DNA of 53,815 nt, the filler included, from Bipalium vagum (Eukaryota), in NCBI GenBank assembly GCA_037834085.1. It is 3 parts of 3 records of this genome, joined end to end, with 100 filler letters (N's around TTAATTAATTAA, not from the genome) between each part and the next. Parts side by side here need not be neighbours in the genome. Positions count along the whole stretch, not along the records: positions 18,565 to 35,163 come from JBBMKC010103718.1; positions 35,264 to 53,815 come from JBBMKC010025709.1; 1 more part is not named here. One strand, given 5' to 3'. A program made the translations under genes and the position numbers. Shown here piece after piece: positions 24,737 to 39,070 of the stretch (positions within the stretch are counted from its first letter, which is position 1; the number at the start of each line of letters is the position of its first letter). The notes beneath the pieces were generated by a model. That model saw only the letters and a program-made list of their open reading frames with translations, was not told where the DNA came from and made no database searches.

Positions 24737-26582
24737 TTAATGTCGGTTGTACTCTCTTTCTGACGACAGATCATCGAAATGTGGCTGAACCTCGTGCAAC
24801 AGCTGAAAAGAAAGATTAAAATCATTGTCAAGCTGGGTACCAGTGTTACTTTAATATCTTGGTATTGATTGGAATAGTCCTCGAAATGGTTCATTTTGAA
24901 CAATGCCGGCGATGGATAGTTGGAAATCATTTGTTGGGGAATTTGTCTGATATAATTATTGCAGGGCTCGACAAATAATGAGTTCAGCTCATTATATGTC
25001 ATGGTAGAAGCATTGTGTGATAGTTGGGATTCAGGGGTCAACGAACGACTTTTACTATCCGACCTGTTGTTATCATATGTAGATGTACTATTGGAAAAAA
25101 TCAAAAATGAGTTTTATTTTTTTTAATAAAAAATAATTACAATTGTTCAATTATCCAATTTTCTAAATTTTTCAATTGTCGGAAGACTTCACTTATTGTT
25201 TCCATGTTAGCTCCGTTTATCGATGCACGATTGAACAGGTACCCACTGACCAGAGCATTAATTGCATCATCAATACCCGGTAGAGATGGCAACACACGAA
25301 TAATGGCATCCTTACCACCCATATTAATCGGTGTACTTTTTGAAACTGAAACTGGTTCATTAAAATCATTTTTTAATTTTAATAAAATCAATACATTTAA
25401 GGCCATTCAATTTTTCTTCACATTTGATACGTTTTTCTTTAATTTTTGAAACCATTTCAGGATCGCCCTTAATTTTTTTGTCCCTCCAATCTCTACTTGG
25501 ACAAGCACAACTTCTAAATTGAAGGCACTGTCTTCCAACGACGTCGAATTTATTTACTCTGAAATCAATTTTAATTCAATTATATAATCAATATTTGATA
25601 CAATTTTTAATTAATTAATTATTGAACTAAACAAAATCAATAAATAATAGACTAAGAATATTTTTCATTACTTTTTGTCGTAAACTTCTAGGGTAATAAT
25701 CAAGTAGAGTGTTTTACGGCCACCAGAATCTTGATTAAAGCAACTGTTATAACAGGCGAATTGGCAATTGACAGAAGAAGAAGATTCTCCTTCAGCATGC
25801 TTTTCGAATGGTAGCAAAATACAAACCCTCTTTGAGGCCGAATCTTGAAAGTAATGTGCGCACGTTTTTTCAACAATTAACATGCTTCGATTTTTCCAAA
25901 TGTTATCGTCTGATATGACCTCTTTATGCTTTGGACATCTATCATTAAATTGAAATACATCTATCATTGAAATGAAATATACCGTTCTAAAATGCATTGA
26001 GCTTTTTCTGGATCTCCGAAAACAGGCACAAGTCGAATGAACATATTTTCAGTGGGCATGGAAGGATCTGTGGAATAATTCAATCGCCAATAATGAGGTT
26101 GTGGTTTTGTAAACAATTGATGATTTCCCATTTTATCGGTTTGGAACTAGGAAAATAATCTTCATTAATATCATATAAATATAAAATTATGCATACCACA
26201 CAAGTCTGGCCTTTTCGCTTAGCCTCATCGTATTCTCCGTTCGGAACGAAAATCTGGAAATTGAATTGACCGGAATACGGGGATCTATATCAATAGCGAA
26301 TTGAAATGGAAAATTATTAAAAAACGAGATATACAATGTCGGCATGTCGTCGGACTTGAAAGATGGTGACATTGTATTGGATGAAATAATCGGTTCGACA
26401 ATGTTTGTCATATTGTGAGAGTTGGATTCGGATGAATTGACAAATGGCAAAATATGAACCGGTGCCATAGTCTGGTTTTGATTGCATTGCATTGGGACAA
26501 TCATTTCTACAGGCGATGATTTATAATGCATTGGTGTCTGTTGGTGTTGTAAGGAAGAAAAGGTTTGATCATATGATGCAGT
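24737..26582 (-). CDS. p53: p53-family transcription factor (divergent, flatworm type); 8 exons visible, first exon not located
   Basis: Spliced reading gives MPTLSPYSGQFNFQIF..AKRKGQTCV / ..LFTK..IRLVPVF..ILER / CPKH..CILLPFE..CQFACYNSCF..GGRKTLYLIITLE.. / VVGRQCLQFRSCACPSRDWR. All four Zn ligands and the RxCACPxRD DNA-binding motif are present. Confidence 0.92.
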
Positions 26583-29500
26583 CTAATAAAAAAACAAAAT
26601 ATCAAATCAAAAAATCAATCAGTGACATAACCAATAATCTGATCATGATATTAAATAATTAATCTTCATTAGTTTAAAGATTATATCAATAATAATAATC
26701 CCGATAATATTGACTGAACTTAAGAATGGCAACCGAAAAAAATCATGATAAAACAGCTTCAATAAGTGTGTGTATATGATATTCTAATATTTACAAAAAA
26801 TGTACCATATTCGAGTAAATATTGAAATACACACCGGATTCAAAGCTACTATCAATACAAATATGGACTGATACAGGCTGCAATCACATTATATCAACAA
26901 ACCTAAAATAGTATCAACCCATATCAAGACTAATCAACGAGTTAAGTCACATTGATAGCTCAGTAGACATTTCCAGGTATATATTTATATATTATAGTTC
27001 AATAAAATGGTCCATTTTACAACATGATATCATGAGGTGTCGTATGTTTAATCAATTTTCTTATATTCGATAAAAAATAATTATCGTTACTATTATTATT
27101 GAAAGTATAAAATAAAAAAATCATACTATATATTGTTGGGCCATCATTAAAAGTCGATACAGGTTACAGGAAGAATCCAATTATTTAAAACGTTTTCTGG
27201 TTGAAAATGGTGTTCACGTTAATATTTTAAATAGAAATATCAAAAAACAATTACACAGCATTAATTTTATTGGTCGCAGATTTTTAAACACACACAAAAA
27301 AATTTGTGTTTGAGTCTTATGATTGGGTGCCAGATATCATCAATAGGTTAAGGCTCAAGCTCACTGCAAACACCATAACCGTAATTTGAAGTACGTGTGC
27401 GGGTGAGTATATGATGGACTCATTCCAGTGGTTAAGAGGGGGTTGATAAACATATGAGATACGGAGCTTGATAACTAAGATAAAGGCCGGTGTTTCTGTG
27501 CAGACTTGCTGCTATAATCAATCACTCATCTCTGGTCTCCAAATAGTAGCAAAGTATTGATATTGTGGGCTGCTTGTTGCTGTTATCATTTTGTTGTTTT
27601 TTATCATCCTGAATCAATATTGAACATCTCAACATGGCGTCATTAAGCACATTATCGATGAAGTCACATTTGAGTATCATTCTCTTTTACGATGGATACA
27701 ATTTAGTGTTATGATCTGACCCACTCGTAAATCATAAGTCAAATACAATTATTGAGTTTAAGTTAAAATTCAATTTGCATTGGTATTGGAATACACCTGG
27801 AAGTTAGGCACCGATAAAATACTTGTGGCTCTACTTAATAAAAAAAATAATGCGTATCAACGGCAAAGAAACGTTAAACAATAAATGAAGCATTACTCTA
27901 AAAATTATCAATTTATTCAAGTTTATTGAATCGTGTCTTGTATTTTTTGTTTTTTGGCTTTTATAATCAAAATGTTTAAGTAATAAAATTGAGATTACTA
28001 AATTGTGTAATAGGGTAATTAATTAATTAATTAAATTTTGTTTGAAACGTTCTACTTTTACAAAGCAATTTTAATATCCGTAAACTTAATTATTGATTAT
28101 TTCCTATTTATTATTTATTAATAGTGAACTTAAAAATAAAACAAATAGATATTTTCTTGAAGAAAATAAAATGACATCTAGGATAATGATGATAATAATA
28201 ATAAAAATAAAAAAAAATAAAAATAAAAATAATAATAATAAAATAAAGTAAATAATAATAATAGGTTAATGATCAAAGGCTAATAAAATGCCATGAATTT
28301 GTAAAAAATATAATTAGAAATGTGAAGTAACAGAAATATATTAAAAAATATTTTTTATTAGAATAATATTTCACTTTTAAATAGAAAATTACCTTACATA
28401 TACAACAGAGAGAAATGAAGAGTCCTGAAAATAACTTGAAAGATAATGCCAAAGTATACATTTGAAAAATATAACAAGTCAAGTATAATAAAGCCAATAG
28501 ATAATATCAGGATATGAAAAAATAGATTTCGTTATTGTTTTAATCAGTAATTAAATTAATGTTTCAATTTAGTTTTAATGTTATTTTATTTACATTATTT
28601 TAGGCATAGCTTAAATAAAATCGTTCATAAATGATTTTTTCCAGTTTTCATCTTCTAAAGAAATTCAAATCAGGAGATGTCTAGTTTTTTGGTTCATGTT
28701 TCATCAAATAAATGATTCTGCTACTACTAGAATTTCTTTTCCATATGTTGATAAACTATGTTAAATTTTACAATATAAAACAGATTTAAATGTTCTTAGC
28801 TGGTGTAGCAGTTAGTCGGAACAACAATATGATTTATTTAATAATCACACATCCAAAATGTCCAACTAACAGTAATATCAGTTCGAAATACCTTAAGCAC
28901 TCGTGTTAATCGCACAAGAATTCATAAAGAATCATAGTACTCAATATAAAAAAAATTAATTATCAAATGACTCAATTATAATAGTGTAACAATTGGTTTG
29001 AATGGAATGTTTAGACAAATGAAATTAAACTTATTTACGAGTTAAAAGATAAAAACTAAAAATAATTAACTTTAGTCACCAAAAAGAAAAGTTAACAGAT
29101 CCATGGGTTTCTAGTTAGAGGACCGAGTTTATCGGGATCAGTTGCATATCCTAAGAAACAAACTTACAGGTAAAATAACAAACAAATAAATGTCTGATTC
29201 TTAATCTTCACAATTAAGTAGAACTTCTGAATCGTAGTCTTCGCAATTGTTGTTTATAATCTTAGGTCCAAAGTTACTGACTTTACGCTTATTGTTTTTA
29301 ACGTATATCTATACAAATGAATCAAAATAATCAAAATAGCATTTTTCGATTATGATTCAAGACGAAAATCACAAGAACACTCAAATCATATAACACGAAT
29401 GAAAATCAAATTGGTTGTTCAAGTAGCCACAGAATGATAAACAAGTCAAATGTAAGTTAAATAAAAAAATGTGTAGAGTCCCAACTCTGGGGTTGGAATC

Positions 29501-31739
29501 ATTCGTTAAAACATAACAATCAAAATCAAAGCCAAGCAGAAGCAATCCAAAACTTACAAATCAAAAAAAGGAGCAATCAGTAGATGGCAATATATTTTTG
29601 CGAAAACATTATACTGTTATGTAATGTTCGTTTAATTCTTGATCTGATTTATAGTGTGTTCTAGTGATTAAAAATTTTCATGTTACATATTTATTGTTTC
29701 CCAGCTCTAAGGTATAATCATAAGCTTTATCAAATCTCAGATAAAATAGGAATAAAAAAATAATTTTATATTAATAAGTAATTAAAATTAATTAATTAAG
29801 TAATAGATTATACTCTTAATAAATGGCAAAAACTAGGTTTCTAAAAATAGCAACAAAAATTTGATAAAAATAGTACCATAAGATACTAAAATAAGAGAAT
29901 ATAAAAATAGAGAATAAAACAGTTAAATTTGGCAACAATCGTTACCAGCTTAAAATAAAGTTGAAATTAAGGACTATAAAAGCCCAAGAGTTTAGTGGTC
30001 AAATACCAAATACAGCAGACGACAAAATAATTTTGGTAGGTCTATAGTGAACTCTTCTGCGTTATATTACATTTCTCAGTGAGCTAACCAATTCAATCGT
30101 TCATTGTCTAAAATATTATTTATTCTGAAATAATATTTTATTTCCTCTACGAGGTACGATAATTCTAAAATTAATTTGAATCAAGATTGACTCAATATCA
30201 AAGCCCAACAACTACAACAGTGTCAATTTAATAATTGTCTCTAACCACACCGTAACATTTGTTTTATACAAAAAAATCTTTATGCCTAACTGTTAAATTC
30301 ATCAACGGTCTCAAATCACTATATCAAAATTTATAGAACAGAGGAAAAAATAAATAATTACTTTTTCCTAATCTGCCCACAAGAAGAAAAAATATTTCCT
30401 TCTTCGTTTCAGGCAAAAATTTCAATTTTTTTTATTCGGCCTTAAAGCTTCTTTAAGCTTATTATGGCAAAATAATTAAGATTATTAACCCCTACATAGG
30501 CAAAAATATTTAAAAATTATTATTATTATAATTATGGATCTCATTCGATATGTAATACCAGCAAAATCTTTTGTTTTAAATTATCAGTTTAATCAAAATG
30601 TAAAATAGGAATTTGAAAAATAATTTTGTATTAAAAATATTAAAATGTCCGAATTTAATCATTCATTAACCTTTGATCAGCTTAGCTTCAAATAATATTT
30701 ATAACCTCTCTTGTAACATTTTATTTATTAGTATAGTTTTAACTTTAAAAATATGTTAAGATATTACTCCATTTTTGGGGAAGTAAACTGGTTTAAAAAA
30801 TTTTTATTAATAATTTCGAATTTTTGCAATTCGTAAGCTTAGTCAAAATATTAGGGCCTATTTTTGTTCCGAGTGATTGAAAGTTTTAACAATAATTTGG
30901 TTCAAGTGCAATCAAATTATCAGTGACATACCTTTTCTTCTAATAATATTCCAAGTGGACAGAATCTTTCTGTGGACGACAATATTATTGTATAATGATA
31001 ATATTAAAAATTTGAAGATTTTCAGCATTTAAAAATCTCAATCTTTACAAATGCACCTAACAGTTATCAAGTTTGATTCACGAATCTTTAAAAAACCAAC
31101 AAGATTGAATTAAATAGAGTTCTTTATATTTCTGATAATTATCAAAGTGTTAAAGATGCCTTATATTGAAATTATTGACATTACTCTTTTGAGATGTTTC
31201 TCAACTTAAACAACTTCAAAATCACAGGCAGTTATGCTTACTAATGGAAAGAATCAAAAGTTTGAAATATATATATTTATATATGTTTACTTTGGTCTTA
31301 CTCATCATTAAATATTGAATTCTCAAGAAAGTAATTACCGATTTGACATTAGTATACTATATTATATATATATATAATTTAACTGTATTTCAAATATAAT
31401 AATCACTGTTTAAATAACATTAAAACAAATTCAATGGATTCAAATTTTAATCAATAATTAACTTTATAGATTGCTTTGTTTCTTTCTTTTTTTGTCAGCT
31501 TTAGTATGGAAGATCGGAATACACATTTGAGGTATACTTTAACACTACTATAAATAAAAGATGGGATTTTTTTAAAGTTTGATAAATAATAAATGGATCA
31601 AGGTATTAGAAAACGGTTAAAAGATTTGAGGTCGTCTTAAAATCTTTTATTTATTCAAATAGTTATACAAATAAAAAGTACTTCGAACCTTTTGCATAGT
31701 GAGATGAAGCTAGACCATACCTAAAATACGTAAGTATCC

Positions 31740-31890
31740 TGTTTCTTGATAAATGGCTTGGAAAATGGGACATAATGTTCAAAAAGCTGCTAGAAATATT
31801 AATTATTCATTTGACAAGGATTCCGCCAACGCACGTACCATACGTCGTTGGTTTGCCAATTTTAAAATGGGTGATCTAAGAATGACTAAC
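31740..31890 (+). mobile_element. mariner N-terminal fragment
   Basis: KAARNIN...ANARTIRRWFANFKMGDL. Confidence 0.6.
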
Positions 31891-32389
31891 TGAGACCTGA
31901 TAGATTTTCATATTTAACTTTGTCAATTGATGAAATAAAAATGTTAAGAGAAAGATCATTTTTTGCTTTAGCTTTTCAATCTCGTTCAATTATTAATATT
32001 CAAAATCAAGATAATAAATGTTTTATATGAAGTATAATTAGTTTTTTCACACATCATCAAATTCCATATCATAAAGTAAGAGTAACATGGTATAAAGAAT
32101 ATATTTTTAATTATAATGAAGATATTCCAATGAAAATAAATAATATTGAAATTTTTGTAAAAGAAAATGGTTTAAGAATAAATGTATATATATTATTGAT
32201 TGCATTGATCAACATGAAATTGAATTAAGAAGATCATGGAGAACATAAACTTGTGTTTTTTAGGTAACCATAATCAAAATAATCTTTTATATATTTAAAT
32301 CCTGGTTGAAGAAATTCAGCTTTAGAAAAAATAATAAGATTATTATAATCAAGTTAGTTGTCTCGTAGTAACATAATAGTAGGTGTAGC

Positions 32390-32800
32390 AGTTAATTTTG
32401 CGGATTTTTTATAAAAATGCATTTTTTTAAAGACACAACACAATTATATTATGCATATTTTCCATTGTTAGCTATTGATCTAAATTTCGGGTAACTTGTG
32501 AATACCATTGTAAAAGAAATATTCTTCTTTAGACAAAATTCATTCATCTAGCCAAAATCTGCTTATAAGTATTTTACTTCTGCATCTTTAATTTTTTTGG
32601 TTGACTTGGGCGTTTTCTATCTTTGAGATCATAATTACCTGTTCTTAATCGTTTAAACTAGAGTTCGCAAGTGTCTGCCGATGCGACATGATCATTATAA
32701 GCTTCTCGAAGTATGATACTGGTTTTTGCAGTGGTTTTCCTTAAATTGAAAAATAACAGCATAGAATGCCACAAATGTTCTTTCGTTGACTTCTATATTA
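32390..32800 (-). mobile_element. Internally deleted mariner remnant
   Basis: KEHLWHSMLLFFNLRKTTA...LREAY.DH...TCE..FKRL.TGNYDLKD..RP..PKK, a Mos1-like N-terminus. Confidence 0.65.
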
Positions 32801-33039
32801 ACATCTAGATTAATAAATAAATTAAAATGCAATATTTTGAAAATTGAAAATGTTTTGATAATTTAAAATTTACCTTTACAAAGCTTGATTAAAACAATTA
32901 CTAAAATGTAAAAAATCATTAGACAGATATATATCTAATTGTAATTTAAATATTTTGTATAATTCTGAATGGTGGAAATTATTAATATTTTCTTATTTTA
33001 AAATTTTAAAAAATTAATCCAAGAATACATTGACAATCC

Positions 33040-34600
33040 ACTGGCTTCTACTTTCTCCTGTTTGAATGTTGATCTCTGGTTGCATCTCTTTTATTAACAA
33101 CGATATATAATAAATACGTACGTTTTAAAATATCCACAGAATTAACCTAATATATAAAAAATTTGTTTTACCAGAGTCAGAAGGACCAATAATTAATATT
33201 CTAAATATTTTTGATAAATTATGATGTTGATTAAAATTTATAAAATTATCATTCAGAGATTTTCAATTTTTTAATTAATTTTTTTCATACCTGTTTAAAA
33301 GGCGTCTTTGCCTTAATTCAAGCTTGTTTGAGGTAGATTGTAAAATTAATTTCATCAGCATTAAAATTAATTAAATCTTTATCTTAATCTTTCAAATATC
33401 TTTTCTCCATTTTTATCTATAATTTCATACACTATTGGATTAGTAAAATAAATTTCATTTATAATAAATATTTCTTACATGATCTCCAACAATAAATTTA
33501 GTTTTTAGTTTTAAATTTAAATCATATGCTTTTTAATCATTTTTTATTTTAAACTTTCCTGGAATTTTACGTGCTTCTTCAAGACCAATTTCCAATTGAT
33601 GAATAAATTTTAACGTTCAAAGAATTAAGAATACTATGTGGTCCATTGTTATTAAAATTAATTAAATTTGGTAAAAGATGCATTTATTTTCTGTTACCTT
33701 GTTCTGTAAATTTTTGAACATCATATTTTAAAATATTTTATTGAATATCTGAATGAAAACTGATTTACCTTTATCCTCTGTTGAGTAAATTTTTATTTCG
33801 TTTTTATCACAAAATTTCTAAAATGTTTATTATAAAATTCTGTACCTTTATCAACTCACAATTTTTTTAGGAAATCTCTAATATGTTTCAAATATTTTTT
33901 CAAATGCATTTGTAACAAAAATTCCTGTTTTATCTTTTAGAGGAATTGTTAAGTATATCTTGTAAATAAATCTATCACAGTCAAAATAATCTTGTAAGAT
34001 CTTTCAACAGGAACTAAAACTAAATCTGTTGACCAAATATCGTCTTTATTTCTTACTTTTACTTTTAAATATTCTGTTTGTTTTCTAAATTTTTTACGGA
34101 GTTCTTTTTAAAGGATTTCTGTGTTTTAGGAGAAAGTTCATTTTTATATATATTTTTTTCCTGTTAGTTTCGACTTTGCTTTTTTTCCTAGTTACTTGAC
34201 CAAATAAAAGTTTACCCTTCATAATTTATTTTATAAAAGCTCTTTCTAGTTTTTCTCTAAAAGTTGGATTAGGAACATTATTCATTTCAGGTGTCATTTC
34301 AACATCACCTATATATCTATCTTGCAGATCTTTTAAAATATATTTTACACCATGTTTCATTGCTACATGATCAATTTTATTTATTGGAATTGGATTTATA
34401 TTTAGATTTTCTATTACTTCTTCATAATTTTCTAAACGTTTATCAATATTTGCTTCAGGATAGCATTTGTTTTATTAAAAAGGATGTATAGATTTTAAAT
34501 GCAATTCTCTTTGGATATTTTCCTGAATTAAATTTATTTTAAAAATTATTATTTGTAACAGCCTATTGAATGTCTCCACCAACCTTAAAAAAGATAGATA
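33040..34600 (-). mobile_element. Polinton/Maverick (adintovirus-like) remnant: PLA2-like ORF (~34590-34195), retroviral-type integrase (~34140-33600), packaging ATPase start (~33270-33040)
   Basis: PLA2-like ELHL..CYPEANIDKRL..PINKIDHVAMKHGVKY..DLQDR..GDVEM..NPTFREKLER..IMKGKLLFG. Integrase DDIWSTDL..YKIILTVIDLFTRY..IPLKDKTG..VDKGTEFYN..IKIYST. Walker A in FRILIIGPSDSGKTN. All degraded. Confidence 0.8.
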
Positions 34601-35163
34601 TTTTTCTTGAATATTTTAAATATTGTATTTTCGTTAGTAATAATAATAATAATACATTTTTCATTAATATTATAATATGTTAGTATTAGTATTATTATAT
34701 TTTCTTTTTAATGCTTCTTTATACTCCATGTTATATACTATTTTTATTAAATATTCTAAGTAATTTTTGTGTGGATAGTTTTTTATTTATGATGTTTATG
34801 AACATTTCATAATTTTTTGAGAAAATTTGTTCATTATTTTAATGATTTTTTCTTCAGTAAGATTATTTAATTTTATTCGGAGATTTGATATTTTTGATTG
34901 ACTTACCATTTTTAGAAAATAATTTGACTTTTTTATTGCTGTAACTTGTTATTTTTGACAAATATAAAAATAAAAAATTACAAAAATTAAAAAATAAAAA
35001 TAAGAAATTGAAAAAATAAAATAGATATTTTTATGTAGTATTTATGTATACTGGTAGCCAAAAAAAGTAGTATACTTTTATTATGAAATTTGAAGAATTT
35101 CAAAAAAATATTTTTGAGGATTCATATAGATATTACTTTGTGGTATTTGATTTAGATTATATA

Positions 35164-35263
35164 NNNNNNNNNNNNNNNNNNNNNNNNNNNNNNNNNNNNN
35201 NNNNNNNTTAATTAATTAANNNNNNNNNNNNNNNNNNNNNNNNNNNNNNNNNNNNNNNNNNNN
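35164..35263. other. Artificial assembly spacer (44 N + TTAATTAATTAA + 44 N)
   Basis: Same structure as 18465-18564. Confidence 0.97.
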
Positions 35264-35378
35264 AAAATATAAAATAAATTATAAAATAAATTATAAAATA
35301 AAATATAAAATAAAATATAAAAGAAAATATAAAATAAATTATAAAATAAAATATAAAATAAAATATAAAATAAATAAA
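35264..35378. repeat. AT-rich short-unit tandem repeat (ataaaataaa[t/a]-like)
   Basis: Direct reading; lies next to the gap. Confidence 0.85.
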
Positions 35379-38300
35379 CTAAAAAAATCAAAAATTAATC
35401 CAATATTCAAAAAAATAAAAAATTTGTCAGGTCTTACTTTATTTTTTTTGAGACTTCTCATAATTCATTTTTTGATTTTTAAAATTTCTTATTTAAAGTA
35501 TTTTTTCTTATATAAAATATTGTACACAGAACAAACTAATTTACAAACGAAACAGTTTTTTAAAAAATATTTATATACGTATGACTGTGCAATTTTGACA
35601 TATTTAGGAACTCAGAAGACAGTCATATAAACAATGTGTTTGAATATATATCGTGTTTTTACAAAATCATATCTTTATATATTTATATGAAATGGTGAAG
35701 GAAATATATTTCTGGTCATTAAACAAAGTCCTTATATATCATGATGACGATTAGTTTTCTTTGATCTGTTTAATTTGACCAATGTCAACGCCTGCAATAT
35801 TTCAGGCGAATATCGTTCAACAATATAAATGTAATAAATGTAATAAATGTAAAATAATAATACATTCAGAACTTCATGCATAATTCCAATTTGATAGAGC
35901 GCATAGTTAGATTTATTTTCAGTAACAAAATTGACAAATCTTACCATTTTTCCTCCCAATAGTCAGTTAACTTTTGTCCAAGTGATGTTACAGCACCTCT
36001 TGTTAAATTGTTTCTTTTCATAAATTTTGAAATTCAAAAATGTGATATTTTGAAATCATTTATTTTCGTTCTTATTGCACTATATTAATTGTACATGGCA
36101 CTATATGTCCTTCTACTCTTTCATAGGGTTCTAAAATTGGCCATTTGACTTTGTGAACTCGTTTCGAAACTTCAATTTTTTATTTTGATTGGCTTTCATT
36201 ATTTTTTTTATTTTTCCACCGTTTGATAAGGTTTATATGTACTTTGAAATGATCGATAGATTTTTTATTGATGTTGATTGAGCATATTGAACTGCATCTA
36301 ACTTATATTTCAATGTATAAGTATTTCTTTTGTTTCCCAATATTATAAAATCAAAATTTCGCTTTAATTACTTATTTTAAAACAAAGCAATTATTATTAA
36401 AAGTTGTAGCTTAGTAAAAATCGCACAAAACATTTAGTCTGAAAACACTACTAATGTAGTATCTTAGTAAACAGTAGTAGCTTATAACGATAAAACAGAG
36501 TAGTAGAAACAGCATCACCTTAAAGCAATAAATTATTGAACATTTACAATTAAGCAAAACTATGTAACTCTTAGTCCATTTAATGAATTTATGTTGTTCG
36601 AAAAGGTAAGGTTAGTGCAGAAGAATTCAGAGTAATTATGAGAAATTTCGAAAATAATAAAGATAAACGAAAGATATACTACTAATTATTAAAGGATTGT
36701 CAACCAGAGACTAAAAATCAAATTGGAGAAAGGCAAATGCCAATGGATTGTCGGTGTGTTATCTGATTATTTAACAAAATTATTTAAATAAAACAAGAAA
36801 TTATATTTTAACCAACCAGAATTTGATAAATAATTTAATAAAAAATCATACGACCATTTAATGAATTAAAATGTTTGATATCACATAAAATGAATGAAGA
36901 AAAAGTGATAAAAAATTTAAAACACGTTTCATACATAATACATTTTTAAACAAATGTTTTTGTAAATTGGTGAAAAGCATTTACTTGAAGTATACAACGG
37001 AGAATTTGTATAAATTTTATATCTTTATTTGATTATAGAATTCTTCATTTTAATTGAATTTTAAGATCATATTTAGATTCATTAAATAATGAATCTCAAA
37101 AAATCTGTAATTCAAAACCATTGCAGTTTTGACATTATTGATTAAAGATGGCCAGACTTCTCCAAAGTGTTATAACTTACAATGGTAAAAATATGTACAT
37201 GAACAAGAGAACCTCTCTAGAAGGAAAATGTTTAGTTCAGTCTCCATTCACATACTTGTAGAACTATATTACCACAAATATAACAATTATAATATCAAAC
37301 AGTTTTTTCCAAATTTGACGTTAGATATTTTACAAAAATTTTATGTTTTCTGCTAAATTTTGACACTTTTGATTTGATATGAAGAGGTGCTCTTTGATAA
37401 TGATAAAAATAAATTTCATATTATTTTATTTACTTAATATATATTATCAATAATTAAATGAAAGAATTTGAATTATATTTAAAATCAATTTTCACATCGT
37501 AATTTATAATAATGATTAAAAATTTTCTCATTCAAATTTTCTTTTGTAAAAAAATTTTATGAAAATAATTATTTTATTTTTTTAATAATAAAAATGAATC
37601 ATCAAGATTAATTTTTTAAAATTTTTTGTTCGAATACATTCAAATTATTTAAATTGATATTAATTTTTAATCTCATGTGATAATCTTAAAATAGGAAATT
37701 AATAATTTCCGGTCTTTTGGAATATAAATTCAATTTAGAAATTTACTTTCACACATAATTTAATCAATAATTTTAAATTTTCTCTTTTCTCTCGTTTTTT
37801 TTCTGTGGCAAAGTCTGTTTACAAAATCAAAAATTAATATTTCCAGACTGATGTACAGACTCTTTAAATAAACAAAATATTTGATAATTGTATTCATTAT
37901 ATGCATTTTGAGCAAATTGTTTTATTTCCCTTTATGAACAGCAAATATGAAAAAGAAAATTTTGTTATACTGAAATGTTTAGAGTTAAGCTAGCTTTTTT
38001 ATCACAAAAATTAATTTTTTAACGCACGGATTTTTAACTTCTGATGTTTCTATTTCAATTGGAAATCTTTCTTATTTTCTTTCATTTTCTCCTCGTTCTT
38101 TTTTTGATATTCTTTTTTCAATAATGTTGTTGAAGCTCTTTTTCTGGTTTTATATTTTCTTCGTTTTTTTAACTTTCAGAATTTAAAAATTTCCGAAATT
38201 TATATTGAAGACTGAATATAAAAATAAAAATAGATAAAAGCCCGATTTTTAATTAAAAAAAATAATAATAGGGTGATCGGAAAGTCTTAAGACTAATTTA

Positions 38301-38619
38301 AGGTAAATCCGAAAACTTCATTATAAGGAGTGGTTCGAACAATTAGTATGCTTGAAGTTTTTAAAATAAGGACCTCACGCCTAAATTTACAATTATTAAG
38401 TGTTTTTAATTTAAAGTTTTTAAAAATTAATAAGTTACGGTTTCTAAAATTTTTAATAAAATATTTTAAATAAATGTTATTAAATTTTTATAAATTAAAT
38501 AATTTAATTTTTAAAATTAGGTGAGGTCCATATTTGAAAATTTTGTTTAAGTAATTGGATTTAGTGAATTATTATTATTATCACCATGATCCTATATTAT
38601 TATTTAAAATGACAACACA

Positions 38620-39070
38620 AGAATATAACTTTCGTAAAACACATATCAAAAGAAATTTTATTCTTTAATATATATAGTCCATTGTATTCAATAGTTTTAA
38701 CATATTTCCACAAGCTGATTAATTCCTCTGGCATACCTTGTCCTGTCTTTGGAAATGAAAAATTCTCACAGGCATTTTGATCTTGTCAACCGAAGCCAAA
38801 AAGCGTATGCGTAGGAAATGTGCAATTGAGCTGAATAGATGGTAATTAGAAGGCACTAGGTCTGGACTGTAGACTGGATGAGGGAGAAGATCTAACTGCA
38901 ATTTAGTATAAGTAACCGCAAAGTATGCGGTTTGGTATTCTCATGTTAAAGAATAACACGTTTACGATTGACTAAAGAAGGATAACAGGACCTCAAAGCT
39001 TTAAGCACAAGTTCTAATTGCATTGAATAAAGTTCAGCATTGACCGTACACCCACTTTGAAGAAGCTCAA
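38620..39070 (-). mobile_element. mariner transposase 3' remnant
   Basis: HENTKPH followed by LLPHPVYSPDLVPSNYHLF. Confidence 0.85.

Noticed and set aside
25204-25449. 81-aa plus-strand ORF
   Set aside because: Antisense to a p53 exon.
27380-31000. Candidate first exon of p53
   Set aside because: Several donor-like sites exist, but none gave a convincing in-frame ATG exon.
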